Shown here: positions 44,415 through 53,182 of the stretch, piece after piece
Layout: every line of letters starts with the position of its first letter
How positions within the stretch are numbered: the first letter of the stretch is position 1
IMG/VR virus record: IMGVR_UViG_3300032332_001787
Coordinates: 64,001-128,000 of that record
Strand: one strand, 5' to 3'
Origin: a virus
Lineage: Duplodnaviria > Caudoviricetes
Length of the DNA: 64,000 nt
The notes under the pieces: generated by a model
What the model saw: only the letters and a program-made list of their open reading frames with translations
Told to the model about the DNA's origin: nothing
Database searches by the model: none
Program-made: the position numbers and the translations under genes

Positions 44415-45413
44415 ATGGATAGAATTCACAACATACTAAACGGTATCCAAGAATCTGTCTCTGGACAAAAGACATTTGATGGCAAAAAAAGAAGTGATCT
44501 TAAAGATAGTGATTTTCTTTTTCCAGAAACTCGTTCTTTTCCAATAACTACTCCAGCAGACGTAAAAGATGCTATTAGTAATTATGGACGAATGAGTGGC
44601 AAGATGAGTTATGATGCTTTTTTGAATAAATTGTATAATATGTGCAAAAGAAAGGGATCAGAATTCGTTGCTGCATTACCAGAAGCAAGTAAAGAAAAAT
44701 TAGATATAAAATCAAAATCTGATACTATTTTTGACGATAGACTAATATTGAATCCGGACCCACAAAATACAAATAAAACTGATTATATTGAAGATGAATC
44801 TGATGATGATAGCATGTTGGAGCTTGATGAATATAAAAAAGAGTATCTTCAGATGGTACTAGGGTCTTTAAATAAGATATTACATAACGTATCTGATATT
44901 TTAAATAATTCTGATCTGGATCGCGTAAAAGAAAATTTGACAGAACCCTGGCTTCAGGGTATGATTGCTGTTGTTGATGACAATGTGAGCACAATTCATG
45001 ATTTTGTCAAGTTCTATGACTCCGAAGACGATAGTGAAGAAACAGAAGCCACTCGTAAAGAAATAGATCGTCATCGTAAACATCATCATAAAGAGAAACC
45101 AACCGTCAATCTTTCATACAGAGGGTCGCCTACTATAATAACTCATATTAATGTGCCTCATAATGAACAGAACGAACATGAATCTCATGAAGAACCCAAC
45201 GAAAATAATGAACCAACTGAGACTAATGAAAGTCCTAGCGAGAGTCCATCCACAATGGCAGCGCCAGATGTAAATAGACCAGGACTATGGGAAAACATTC
45301 GCAAAAAGAAAGAAAGAGAAGGTAAGAACTATAAGCCAGCAAAGCGTGGAGATAAGGATAGACCAGATCCAGAAACATGGAAAAATCTAACCAAAGAAGA
45401 CAAGAAGAAATAG
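44415..45413 (+). CDS. hypothetical multi-module phage protein
   Basis: 332-aa ORF; C-terminal RPGLWENIRKKKER motif. Confidence 0.75.
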   Translation: MDRIHNILNGIQESVSGQKTFDGKKRSDLKDSDFLFPETRSFPITTPADVKDAISNYGRMSGKMSYDAFLNKLYNMCKRKGSEFVAALPEASKEKLDIKSKSDTIFDDRLILNPDPQNTNKTDYIEDESDDDSMLELDEYKKEYLQMVLGSLNKILHNVSDILNNSDLDRVKENLTEPWLQGMIAVVDDNVSTIHDFVKFYDSEDDSEETEATRKEIDRHRKHHHKEKPTVNLSYRGSPTIITHINVPHNEQNEHESHEEPNENNEPTETNESPSESPSTMAAPDVNRPGLWENIRKKKEREGKNYKPAKRGDKDRPDPETWKNLTKEDKKK

Positions 45414-45457
45414 TTAGTTTGTATTGATACTAGGACTTAAATAAAAGGACATTAAAA

Positions 45458-46042
45458 ATGGAACAAGAGTTTGAGGATCTGTCTACATATATTACTTTAG
45501 CAAAGAAGATAATATCCAAGTTTGCCCCAGGTTTTTATTCAACACTAAGACAAGAGTTGTTGTCTAATGAAGACGCTATTGCAGATATAGCTTCTGCTAT
45601 TATGGTTGGAGATTGGAGATGGGACAAAAATCGTACTGGATTCGATGGAAAGTCTAAGACAAGATATTCATACAGAAATCAATGTGGTATTTGGGCCATT
45701 AAAACCTACCTATCCGGCAAGTACAAAAAGCAAAATAGTCACTACTCATTAGATAATCTGAATAAAGATTCAGATTTTAATTTCTCAGATAATATTGCTG
45801 ATAAACCGGAATACGATCCAGCTACATTAGCAGAAGAGTCTGAGTATGACAAATCATTGAAAGCTAATATAGATACCATTTTATCATCTGGTTTAATTTC
45901 CGAAAAACAAAAGGAACAGATTCAGAAATATTATCTAGAAGATAAAACTCTATCTGAAATCGGTAAAGAATTTGGAGTAACTAGAGAAGCAGTTAGACAA
46001 AATATTCAGAAAGGATTAGCTAAAATAAGAGAATATGTTTAA
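45458..46042 (+). CDS. RNA polymerase sigma factor-like protein
   Basis: region 2-like WD..R.G...YSY..QCG.WAI; region 4 HTH KTLSEIGKEFGVTREAVRQ. Confidence 0.8.
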   Translation: MEQEFEDLSTYITLAKKIISKFAPGFYSTLRQELLSNEDAIADIASAIMVGDWRWDKNRTGFDGKSKTRYSYRNQCGIWAIKTYLSGKYKKQNSHYSLDNLNKDSDFNFSDNIADKPEYDPATLAEESEYDKSLKANIDTILSSGLISEKQKEQIQKYYLEDKTLSEIGKEFGVTREAVRQNIQKGLAKIREYV

Positions 46043-46382
46043 TATTAGTATTCAACTTTATGTATTATCTTTTGATTTTGAGAAAAACGAAAGATGTTTT
46101 GTTTCTACTGATAGCAATGTCTACCTACCTCTTCAAAAAGAAATAGAACATAATTCTTTATCTATTGAAGATAATCTAGCAGAACTATTCGAAAAACATA
46201 TACAGCTTGGTTTTGGTTGGGTTAAACATATTATAATAGGTGTTACTAAATTAGACGAAAATATCAACATGTGTTATGCATGTTCAATTCCTCCTGGTAC
46301 TCCACTAATAAATTCCTACTATAAAAGTAGTAATGTAGCTATTATTAATCCATTAGCCAGAAAAGCACTATTGTATGTTTAA
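46035..46382 (+). CDS. hypothetical protein
   Basis: ORF. Confidence 0.7.
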   Translation: MFNISIQLYVLSFDFEKNERCFVSTDSNVYLPLQKEIEHNSLSIEDNLAELFEKHIQLGFGWVKHIIIGVTKLDENINMCYACSIPPGTPLINSYYKSSNVAIINPLARKALLYV

Positions 46383-46806
46383 TTTTTTTCGTAAACAAAA
46401 AACACTAGAAGAAAATAAAGTAATCAAAACTCAAGTAGTAGAAAATATATCAACCAAAACAGAAGAAAAAAATAAACATATTTGTAGCATAAATGTTCAA
46501 CTTAATATAGATAATACAATAGATATAGTATGTCATTGGCCTGATTTAGATAATCTAGATGAGTTAATTATAAATGACATAGCTAATAAATATGCTACAA
46601 TGATTTATCTATTAGATAGTGGATCACTAAAAAAAGACATAGCAGATACTCTATCATCTATATGTGAAAATAATATTTATGACACATATTTTTCTCGTCA
46701 GGTTTTGACAAGGTGGTTAGAACTATTCGAAAAACAACATTTGGCCGATTCTAACCAGCCACTAATCAAGCCTTCTAGTGTATTTAAAAATTACTCAGGG
46801 AAGTGA
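46375..46806 (+). CDS. hypothetical protein
   Basis: ORF; ends PLIKPSSVF. Confidence 0.7.
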   Translation: MFNFFRKQKTLEENKVIKTQVVENISTKTEEKNKHICSINVQLNIDNTIDIVCHWPDLDNLDELIINDIANKYATMIYLLDSGSLKKDIADTLSSICENNIYDTYFSRQVLTRWLELFEKQHLADSNQPLIKPSSVFKNYSGK

Positions 46807-46830
46807 TTTTAGAACCATTAAGGATAGATA

Positions 46831-47265
46831 TTGATGAAAAATATTTATGGAGAAGATAATCTAATTGTCTGGCAAAAATGGTTTGATCCATTTGGCAGCG
46901 ATGATTCTCCACCTAATATTTCGTATTCTAAAAACCATGACGAAGAATTAGATTCTTCAGATATTGCAGATTCTCATTTTAAAGATATTTCAGCTAGTCA
47001 ACCCATGAGAGCTATCTCTACTCCTATGGGATTGATACCATATACAGAAAATACTGCTTGTAGTAAAATTTTTAATTTTTGGGTTGGACATACTAACTTT
47101 AATTTAACTAATCTAGTAGTTGAAATTATTGAAGATACAGATGGCGTAGAAACTTTAGATATTTTTACTAGATATAGATTTCGTATAGCAATAGGGAAAA
47201 ATTTTGATGATGCAAGAGTAATGAAAGCAATTAATGATCAGGTATATAAATATTTAGGAAATTAA
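46831..47265 (+). CDS. hypothetical protein
   Basis: ORF; IFNFWVGHTNF, IFTRYRFRIAIG. Confidence 0.75.
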   Translation: MMKNIYGEDNLIVWQKWFDPFGSDDSPPNISYSKNHDEELDSSDIADSHFKDISASQPMRAISTPMGLIPYTENTACSKIFNFWVGHTNFNLTNLVVEIIEDTDGVETLDIFTRYRFRIAIGKNFDDARVMKAINDQVYKYLGN

Positions 47266-47268
47266 ATA

Positions 47269-47943
47269 GTGACAAATACATCAATAGATAATCAAATCAA
47301 TGATATTCATAATTTTAATATTGATGTAAAAAACAGAGAAGTGTATTTGCATTCATATATTGATTCTCAAGAAGAAGGCGGAGTAGATTATAGGTCCGCA
47401 GTAATATTTGAAAAAAATATCAGATATTTTAATACTCTATCATATGATCCAATATTAGTTCATATGCATCTACCAGGAGGAGACTGGCAAGATTGTTTGG
47501 GCATATATGATACCATAAGATTTTCTAAAGCTAAGATTATTATTTTAGCCTATGCCAAGGTAGAATCTTCAAGCAGTGTAATATTACAGGCTGCTCCACT
47601 AAGAATTTTAATGCCAAATACAAATGTTATGATTCATTATGGATCATTTAGTATGGATGCAGAACACAGTAAAGCTGCCGCTGCTGGTATTCAATGGAAT
47701 GAAAAAGAATGTGAAAAAATGATTGATATATTTACTGATAGATGCATGGAAAGCGAAATGGCCAAACAAAAAAATTGGAAAAAAATGATGGCAAGAAAAC
47801 ATATCATTTCTCAACTAGCAAATAAATGTGATTGGATTTTAACAGCTAATGAAGCCGTAGACTACGGCTTTGCTGATGGTGTATTAGGTAGTAAGAAATA
47901 TCCTACTATGGAACTACTTAAAACACATAAGTTTAAAAAATGA
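47269..47943 (+). CDS. ClpP-like (S14) protease
   Basis: HLPGGD...GIYDTI, VESSSSVIL (Ser), MIHYG (His), CDWILTANEAVDYG (Asp). Confidence 0.85.
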   Translation: MTNTSIDNQINDIHNFNIDVKNREVYLHSYIDSQEEGGVDYRSAVIFEKNIRYFNTLSYDPILVHMHLPGGDWQDCLGIYDTIRFSKAKIIILAYAKVESSSSVILQAAPLRILMPNTNVMIHYGSFSMDAEHSKAAAAGIQWNEKECEKMIDIFTDRCMESEMAKQKNWKKMMARKHIISQLANKCDWILTANEAVDYGFADGVLGSKKYPTMELLKTHKFKK

Positions 47944-48593
47944 TTATAGAATACTGCTTATACGACATCTCTCTTTCTGATGAAGAATTTAAACAAAATA
48001 TAAATTCTGCTATTTCATATAAGCCAAAATCTGTATCTGTTTTATCTTCTTATGTTAGATTAGCTAAAAATTTATTACCAGAAGATATTACTCTTTGTTC
48101 TTCTATAGATTATCCTCTTGGTACTTCTGATACTAAGAATAGAAATATGGCTATCGAAACATCAATCAAATCTGGTGCTAAAATTATTAATTTGGTATCA
48201 CAACCTTATTATTTTTGCAACAGGAAATATGATAAATTCAGAGATGATATTAAAAGCAATTTAGAAATTTGCAATAAACATTCTGTTGAATTAAGATATA
48301 CTCTTGAATATAGAGTTTTTACCTATGAATTATTATACAAAGTATCTCAAATCTTACTAGATATTGGGGTGAATACGATATATCCATCGTCCGGGTATTT
48401 ATTAGATGATATTAATGACAATATTTTAGCCACAGCATTAATTAATAAAAAAATACCGATTAATATTATTGCTAATGGCAACATATGGAATATTAGCCAA
48501 ATTAAAACAGTTTATAAGGCCAATCTTTTTGGTATTATGGTCAATTCTATTAATGCTTTAAAATTATTAAGTGAAAATAATTCGTCTTATTAA
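47940..48593 (+). CDS. DeoC-like TIM barrel lacking catalytic lysines
   Basis: IDYPLG, GAK.INLV, TIYPSSGY vs FVKTSTGF. Confidence 0.65.
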   Translation: MIIEYCLYDISLSDEEFKQNINSAISYKPKSVSVLSSYVRLAKNLLPEDITLCSSIDYPLGTSDTKNRNMAIETSIKSGAKIINLVSQPYYFCNRKYDKFRDDIKSNLEICNKHSVELRYTLEYRVFTYELLYKVSQILLDIGVNTIYPSSGYLLDDINDNILATALINKKIPINIIANGNIWNISQIKTVYKANLFGIMVNSINALKLLSENNSSY

Positions 48594-48599
48594 AAAATA

Positions 48600-48607
48600 G
48601 GGGTATA
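48600..48607 (+). promoter_or_regulatory. putative phage-specific promoter motif (variant GGGTATA)
   Basis: intergenic, followed by TATAAT, upstream of GGAG-ATG 48644. Confidence 0.4.
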
Positions 48608-48643
48608 GTATAATTAGTCTTTTTCAAACATACGGAGAATATC

Positions 48644-49192
48644 ATGGCAACATCTAAAGTTAATGGTTCAGACTATGCTGTTCCACCTAATACAAGAAGT
48701 AGTGGATCAGTTAATAATCATGGTGTGGTTGCCAGAGGCGGCTCAGTTGCTTCCGGTAAGCTCACCAATGTTGGAGTATCTCGTTATAACTCAACAGTTT
48801 TTGCATCAACTGTTCTTGATAATAGTTGGGCAGATAAGGCTGTTTCTGCCGGTATCTTTGCTTATGGAGATAGAGATGGTGTCGCTATGAGAAGCACATC
48901 TACTCTAAGTGGTATCTCTAATACAGTACTACGTAGTGGAGCTAATGTTCCGGGTTTAATGAGAAGTATCCACAAGCTTGAAGTATTAAGAACTCGCAGA
49001 TTTACTAGTGCTATCAGAGCTAATAAGTATAATAGATTCACTGGACAGTTTGAAGTTGGTTATCCAGTAGTAGCTGTTGACTCACTAACAACAGATAATG
49101 CTGCGAACCCAACCAGAGGCGTCCCAGGTCAAATTGTTTACAAGCTTGGCCAGCCTGTACCATTTACCCAGAATTATCAGTCTGAATCTTGA
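48644..49192 (+). CDS. putative virion structural protein
   Basis: Ser/Gly/Val-rich ORF, strong RBS, own terminator. Confidence 0.6.
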   Translation: MATSKVNGSDYAVPPNTRSSGSVNNHGVVARGGSVASGKLTNVGVSRYNSTVFASTVLDNSWADKAVSAGIFAYGDRDGVAMRSTSTLSGISNTVLRSGANVPGLMRSIHKLEVLRTRRFTSAIRANKYNRFTGQFEVGYPVVAVDSLTTDNAANPTRGVPGQIVYKLGQPVPFTQNYQSES

Positions 49193-49214
49193 TTCAAATA
49201 ATTTAATTAATAAG

Positions 49215-49258
49215 AAACAAGGCCACTTACACCTAGAGTGTCTGTGGCTTTTGTTTTT
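49215..49258 (+). terminator. rho-independent terminator
   Basis: GCCAC..ACAC-CTAGA-GTGT..GTGGC followed by T-tract. Confidence 0.65.
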
Positions 49259-49272
49259 AATGGAGAATATTT

Positions 49273-49587
49273 ATGAACGAAGCTCATGTGTGGCAAATTA
49301 TTGCTTCTACTAGTATTGGTATTATAGTAACACTCATTACATTTTGGGCTGCTTTAGTGCGTAATATTGTAACCAAGTCTGAAATTGAAAATTTAATACA
49401 AACCCATTCTCCATATCTTCAAGATAGACAATTTATAATGGAAAGATTAGCTAGTAATAAAGAAAACCAAATCGCTTTTGCTACTGCTCTGCAAAGAAAT
49501 AGTGAAGTTATGAATGAGCTTAGAATTCAAATGACAATATTAACTAAAACTTTGGAAACACTAGAAGACAGAATAGATAAAAACTAA
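49273..49587 (+). CDS. TM plus coiled-coil protein
   Basis: N-terminal TM, C-terminal heptads. Confidence 0.7.
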   Translation: MNEAHVWQIIASTSIGIIVTLITFWAALVRNIVTKSEIENLIQTHSPYLQDRQFIMERLASNKENQIAFATALQRNSEVMNELRIQMTILTKTLETLEDRIDKN

Positions 49588-49599
49588 GTATTGTAATTT

Positions 49600-49607
49600 A
49601 GTGTATT
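49600..49607 (+). promoter_or_regulatory. putative phage-specific promoter motif GTGTATW
   Basis: intergenic AGTGTATT. Confidence 0.45.
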
Positions 49608-49645
49608 AAACCTTATAATTACCTCTTACTAAAAAGGAAAATGAT

Positions 49646-50224
49646 ATGCTTATTGATGAACAAAATCCGAAACTAGGTGCAAATCTAGACCTTAATAGTT
49701 TTAATATTGCAGGCACAGGTTCTATTGATGCTATTGGGAGTGGAAATTTTACTCAAGGTCTATATATTAATAGTACTGGAGTGAGCTTAAACAATCACAC
49801 TCATCTGATAGCAAATATAAGTGGATTGCAAATTGCTCTGGATAATAAACAACCATCTGGCAGCTACGCTCTATCTAGCCACACTCATCTAATAGAAAAT
49901 ATTAGTGGATTGCAAATTGCGCTGGATAACAAACAACCATCTGGTTCTTATGCTCCTGCTGTGCATACTCATACCTCTTCTGATATTATAGGATTCAATA
50001 GTTCTGTTAGTGGATTGCTTCCTGTCTTAAATGTTGCTGGAAGTAGCAATATCGATGTTGTTTCCATTAATAAAACATTTACTATTACTTCTACTGGATT
50101 AATTAAAAGTGATGTAACAAACATCAATAATGCTTCAATTGTTAATAATATTGTTGTAATGAGTGAAGCAAACTACAATTCACTTGCTGTTAAAGATTCC
50201 AACACCATTTATTTTGTAACCTAA
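49646..50224 (+). CDS. tail fibre-like protein with HxH repeats
   Basis: HTH(His-Thr-His) repeats; C-terminal SEANYNSLAVKDSNTIYFV. Confidence 0.7.
   Translation: MLIDEQNPKLGANLDLNSFNIAGTGSIDAIGSGNFTQGLYINSTGVSLNNHTHLIANISGLQIALDNKQPSGSYALSSHTHLIENISGLQIALDNKQPSGSYAPAVHTHTSSDIIGFNSSVSGLLPVLNVAGSSNIDVVSINKTFTITSTGLIKSDVTNINNASIVNNIVVMSEANYNSLAVKDSNTIYFVT
49796..49972 (+). repeat. 84-nt tandem repeat within CDS
   Basis: two copies of HTHLI.NISGLQIALDNKQPSGSYA, third HTH start. Confidence 0.9.
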
Positions 50225-50225
50225 T

Positions 50226-50696
50226 ATGAATATTAATTTAAAAAACTTACTTAATGCATATGGTAAAAATGCTCATATTTCTAATATTCCAGATAGTAAT
50301 ATCAAGTATGGATCAAATAATGGAATAGCTATATATAGTGGAACAAACTTGATTAAAAAAGTATATTATGGTACAGTAACACTATTTGATAGCCATATTC
50401 ATGCTCAAGCAGAAACTATTATTTCTTGTCGCGATAATGAAATATTAAAAATTAATAATCTTTATATTACAAATATAGATGGATTAAATAATGCTACAAT
50501 AACAGCATACATTAGTCATAACGATGAGACCCTAAGCTATATTGCTAAATATTTCCCTGTAAATGCTAGTCAAACAGTTGATCTTATTATAGGACAAACA
50601 TCATCAATATATCTTACAGAGGGTCAAAGTATTAAATTAATTACCAATGTTAATAATTGTCTTTCTGGTTTTATAAGCTACGAAGAACTATCTTAA
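50226..50696 (+). CDS. putative virion protein
   Basis: beta-rich; ends IYLTEGQSI...FISYEEL. Confidence 0.6.
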   Translation: MNINLKNLLNAYGKNAHISNIPDSNIKYGSNNGIAIYSGTNLIKKVYYGTVTLFDSHIHAQAETIISCRDNEILKINNLYITNIDGLNNATITAYISHNDETLSYIAKYFPVNASQTVDLIIGQTSSIYLTEGQSIKLITNVNNCLSGFISYEELS

Positions 50697-50712
50697 TATA
50701 ACGGAGAAAAAT

Positions 50713-50934
50713 ATGCCCAGACCTTTTACAGATATCTCAAAATCAATTAGTACTAATCCTATTAAAAATGGAACACTAGTAACTTCTACAACATTTACAG
50801 GAAAATATTCTGTTAATAATAATTATGTTAAAAATACTCCAATTATAGATACTATAGCTAGCAAATATGGCTATAGATTCTATAACGGAATTTTTGTACA
50901 ATTAGTTGGTGACCAAACACTAATAGGTGGATAA
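50713..50934 (+). CDS. hypothetical protein
   Basis: GGAG RBS. Confidence 0.6.
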   Translation: MPRPFTDISKSISTNPIKNGTLVTSTTFTGKYSVNNNYVKNTPIIDTIASKYGYRFYNGIFVQLVGDQTLIGG

Positions 50935-53174
50935 TGAGTATAAAAAGAATAAATCAATTTCCAGAAGGTAGTGGCAGTCTAACCTCAGATGACGTTTTCC
51001 TATTTATGGATGATCCATCTAATAGTGGAACCACTAAGAAAATTAGTTTGAATCAAATAGCAAATGCTATTGGGGGAAATGCTTCAATTCTAAAATCAAC
51101 ATATAGTTCAGGAAATGAAGGCGGCGAAATACAACTAGCAAAACCAGTAAACAGTTCATTGAATGGTGATGTTGTAGTTGATGTTTATCAAGATAAATTA
51201 CGTATATTTGAAGGTGGAGGAAATTCTCGTGGAGGTTATTTTGATTTGACCACAATGGGAAATAATGCATCTACAAATTTATCTAATTCAACTAACGGTA
51301 CAAGTTTTCAAATATCCTCAGTAGACCTTCATAATGGAGGAGTACAGAATGCTCAAGTTTTAAAATTTGACAATTCTAACTATCAATCAGTAATTACAGG
51401 ACCAATCCCAACATCAGGTAATACAGCACAAAGATTAATCATCCAGGGTCAACGTGCGCAAGGTGGGGGTGAGGGTGGAGATGTTTATTTATGGGGTGGT
51501 GATGCTGATATTAATGGTGGTGATATTAAAATATATGCTGGTGATGCTGATAGTAACGAATCCGGGAATGGTGGATATATTAATATTGACGCTGGCAATG
51601 GACATGATAATGGTGGACAAGTTAGTATTAGTGCTGGAAACTCTTCTGTCCAAGGTGGAAATGTTAATATTCGTGCTGGCTATCCGAGCGGGAATGTTGT
51701 AATTGATGCTAATGGAGGTAGTCAAAGTTGGAATTTTAAATCAGATGGTACAGTATCCTTACCATCAAATACTCTAGATGGTGGAACCAATAGTATAGAT
51801 ATCAAAAGCTCAAACTATGCTGGATTATGGTATCAGTCTGGTCCTAGTGGAACACCAGATAACTATATAGAAAATCCAAATAATAATAGTGAAGCTTATT
51901 TTTGGACAACATATGATGGCACACATATTGAAAACTATAGAGTTAATGACGGAACCAATCCATCATTGAGTTATGAATGGCATTTTAGTAATGATGGTAA
52001 ATTAAGACATCCAGATGGAACAACTAATAGCGGAGGAACTGTGGTTGCTCCTGGAACATATGATATACAAAGTATTGAGAATACGCTAATTCAAACCAGC
52101 GCTAGTGCTCAAGCCAAAACTTGGGACTTTGGTACAGATGGTGGTTTAACACTACCAAAAGGAAGCATACTAAGCGAAACAAATAATACAGTGTCTTTAA
52201 TGCCACCAACAGCGTCTTCTGGACAGAGCTTGGTAATTCGTCCAACCGCTGCACCTTGGAGTATTAATTCTAGTAATTATATTGAGTATGGTAATTCTAT
52301 CACTATTTCAGTTACTATAAATGGTTGGGTTTATTTTGGAACAGTAAACTATACAATCTCTGGTGCTGGAGTTACTTCACAATCATTAGGTCGAGAATTA
52401 ACTGGCAAAATAACTTTCTCAGGCATTAGTGGTCAACCAGATACAAAAAATATTACTTGGACTATACCAGCTAATAGTAATATCTCCGAATTTACTTTTA
52501 CATTAACTAGTGTTGACGGAACAAGACCGGGTCCAGATGTTGCAGACGCAAACCTTTATCCAGAACTATATTACAATTTTGAAGAATCCAACGGAATGCC
52601 TATTGGTCAATTTATTACAGTAACCAATAATGGAATATCTAGTTCAGAGCATAGTCATGTACATCTTGTATCAGGAGATCCTTCAACAGTTGATATTTAT
52701 TTAGGTGATGATGATCAATACGTTAAGATTGAAAAAAATGGTGGAGATGTGATTGTTGGCACCAATTCAAATACTCACCTTTGGACTTTTGATACAGACG
52801 GCAAATTAATATTACCAGGAGGATATGCTCAAGTTGTTGTAGAGGGTGATGCTGGGGTTCGTATTGGAACAGCGGAAACTAACGTTGCTCCCAATAGCCA
52901 AATTAAAATCGGCGGTGCTGAACATGCGTTTGAAATCTTTGGAGGGCCTCCTGGATATAGCTGGAAGTTTGAAGGAAATGGTGAACTAACATTACCAGCT
53001 AGTGGTAGTATCACATTCCCAGATAATACCACCCAAACTTCTGCTGGCATACCAAGTAATACCGGACTAGTTCCAAATTCAGTTAGTATTACTAATATGG
53101 TTAGTATCTCACAAAGTAATTATGATGCGATAGCAACAAAAGACCCTAACACATTGTACATAATTAATAACTGA
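50934..53174 (+). CDS. tail fibre protein
   Basis: Gly-rich GGxxxIxAG repeats; five WxFxxDGxLxLP modules; C-terminal SQSNYDAIATKDPNTLYII. Confidence 0.75.
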   Translation: MSIKRINQFPEGSGSLTSDDVFLFMDDPSNSGTTKKISLNQIANAIGGNASILKSTYSSGNEGGEIQLAKPVNSSLNGDVVVDVYQDKLRIFEGGGNSRGGYFDLTTMGNNASTNLSNSTNGTSFQISSVDLHNGGVQNAQVLKFDNSNYQSVITGPIPTSGNTAQRLIIQGQRAQGGGEGGDVYLWGGDADINGGDIKIYAGDADSNESGNGGYINIDAGNGHDNGGQVSISAGNSSVQGGNVNIRAGYPSGNVVIDANGGSQSWNFKSDGTVSLPSNTLDGGTNSIDIKSSNYAGLWYQSGPSGTPDNYIENPNNNSEAYFWTTYDGTHIENYRVNDGTNPSLSYEWHFSNDGKLRHPDGTTNSGGTVVAPGTYDIQSIENTLIQTSASAQAKTWDFGTDGGLTLPKGSILSETNNTVSLMPPTASSGQSLVIRPTAAPWSINSSNYIEYGNSITISVTINGWVYFGTVNYTISGAGVTSQSLGRELTGKITFSGISGQPDTKNITWTIPANSNISEFTFTLTSVDGTRPGPDVADANLYPELYYNFEESNGMPIGQFITVTNNGISSSEHSHVHLVSGDPSTVDIYLGDDDQYVKIEKNGGDVIVGTNSNTHLWTFDTDGKLILPGGYAQVVVEGDAGVRIGTAETNVAPNSQIKIGGAEHAFEIFGGPPGYSWKFEGNGELTLPASGSITFPDNTTQTSAGIPSNTGLVPNSVSITNMVSISQSNYDAIATKDPNTLYIINN

Positions 53175-53182
53175 GAATTCGC

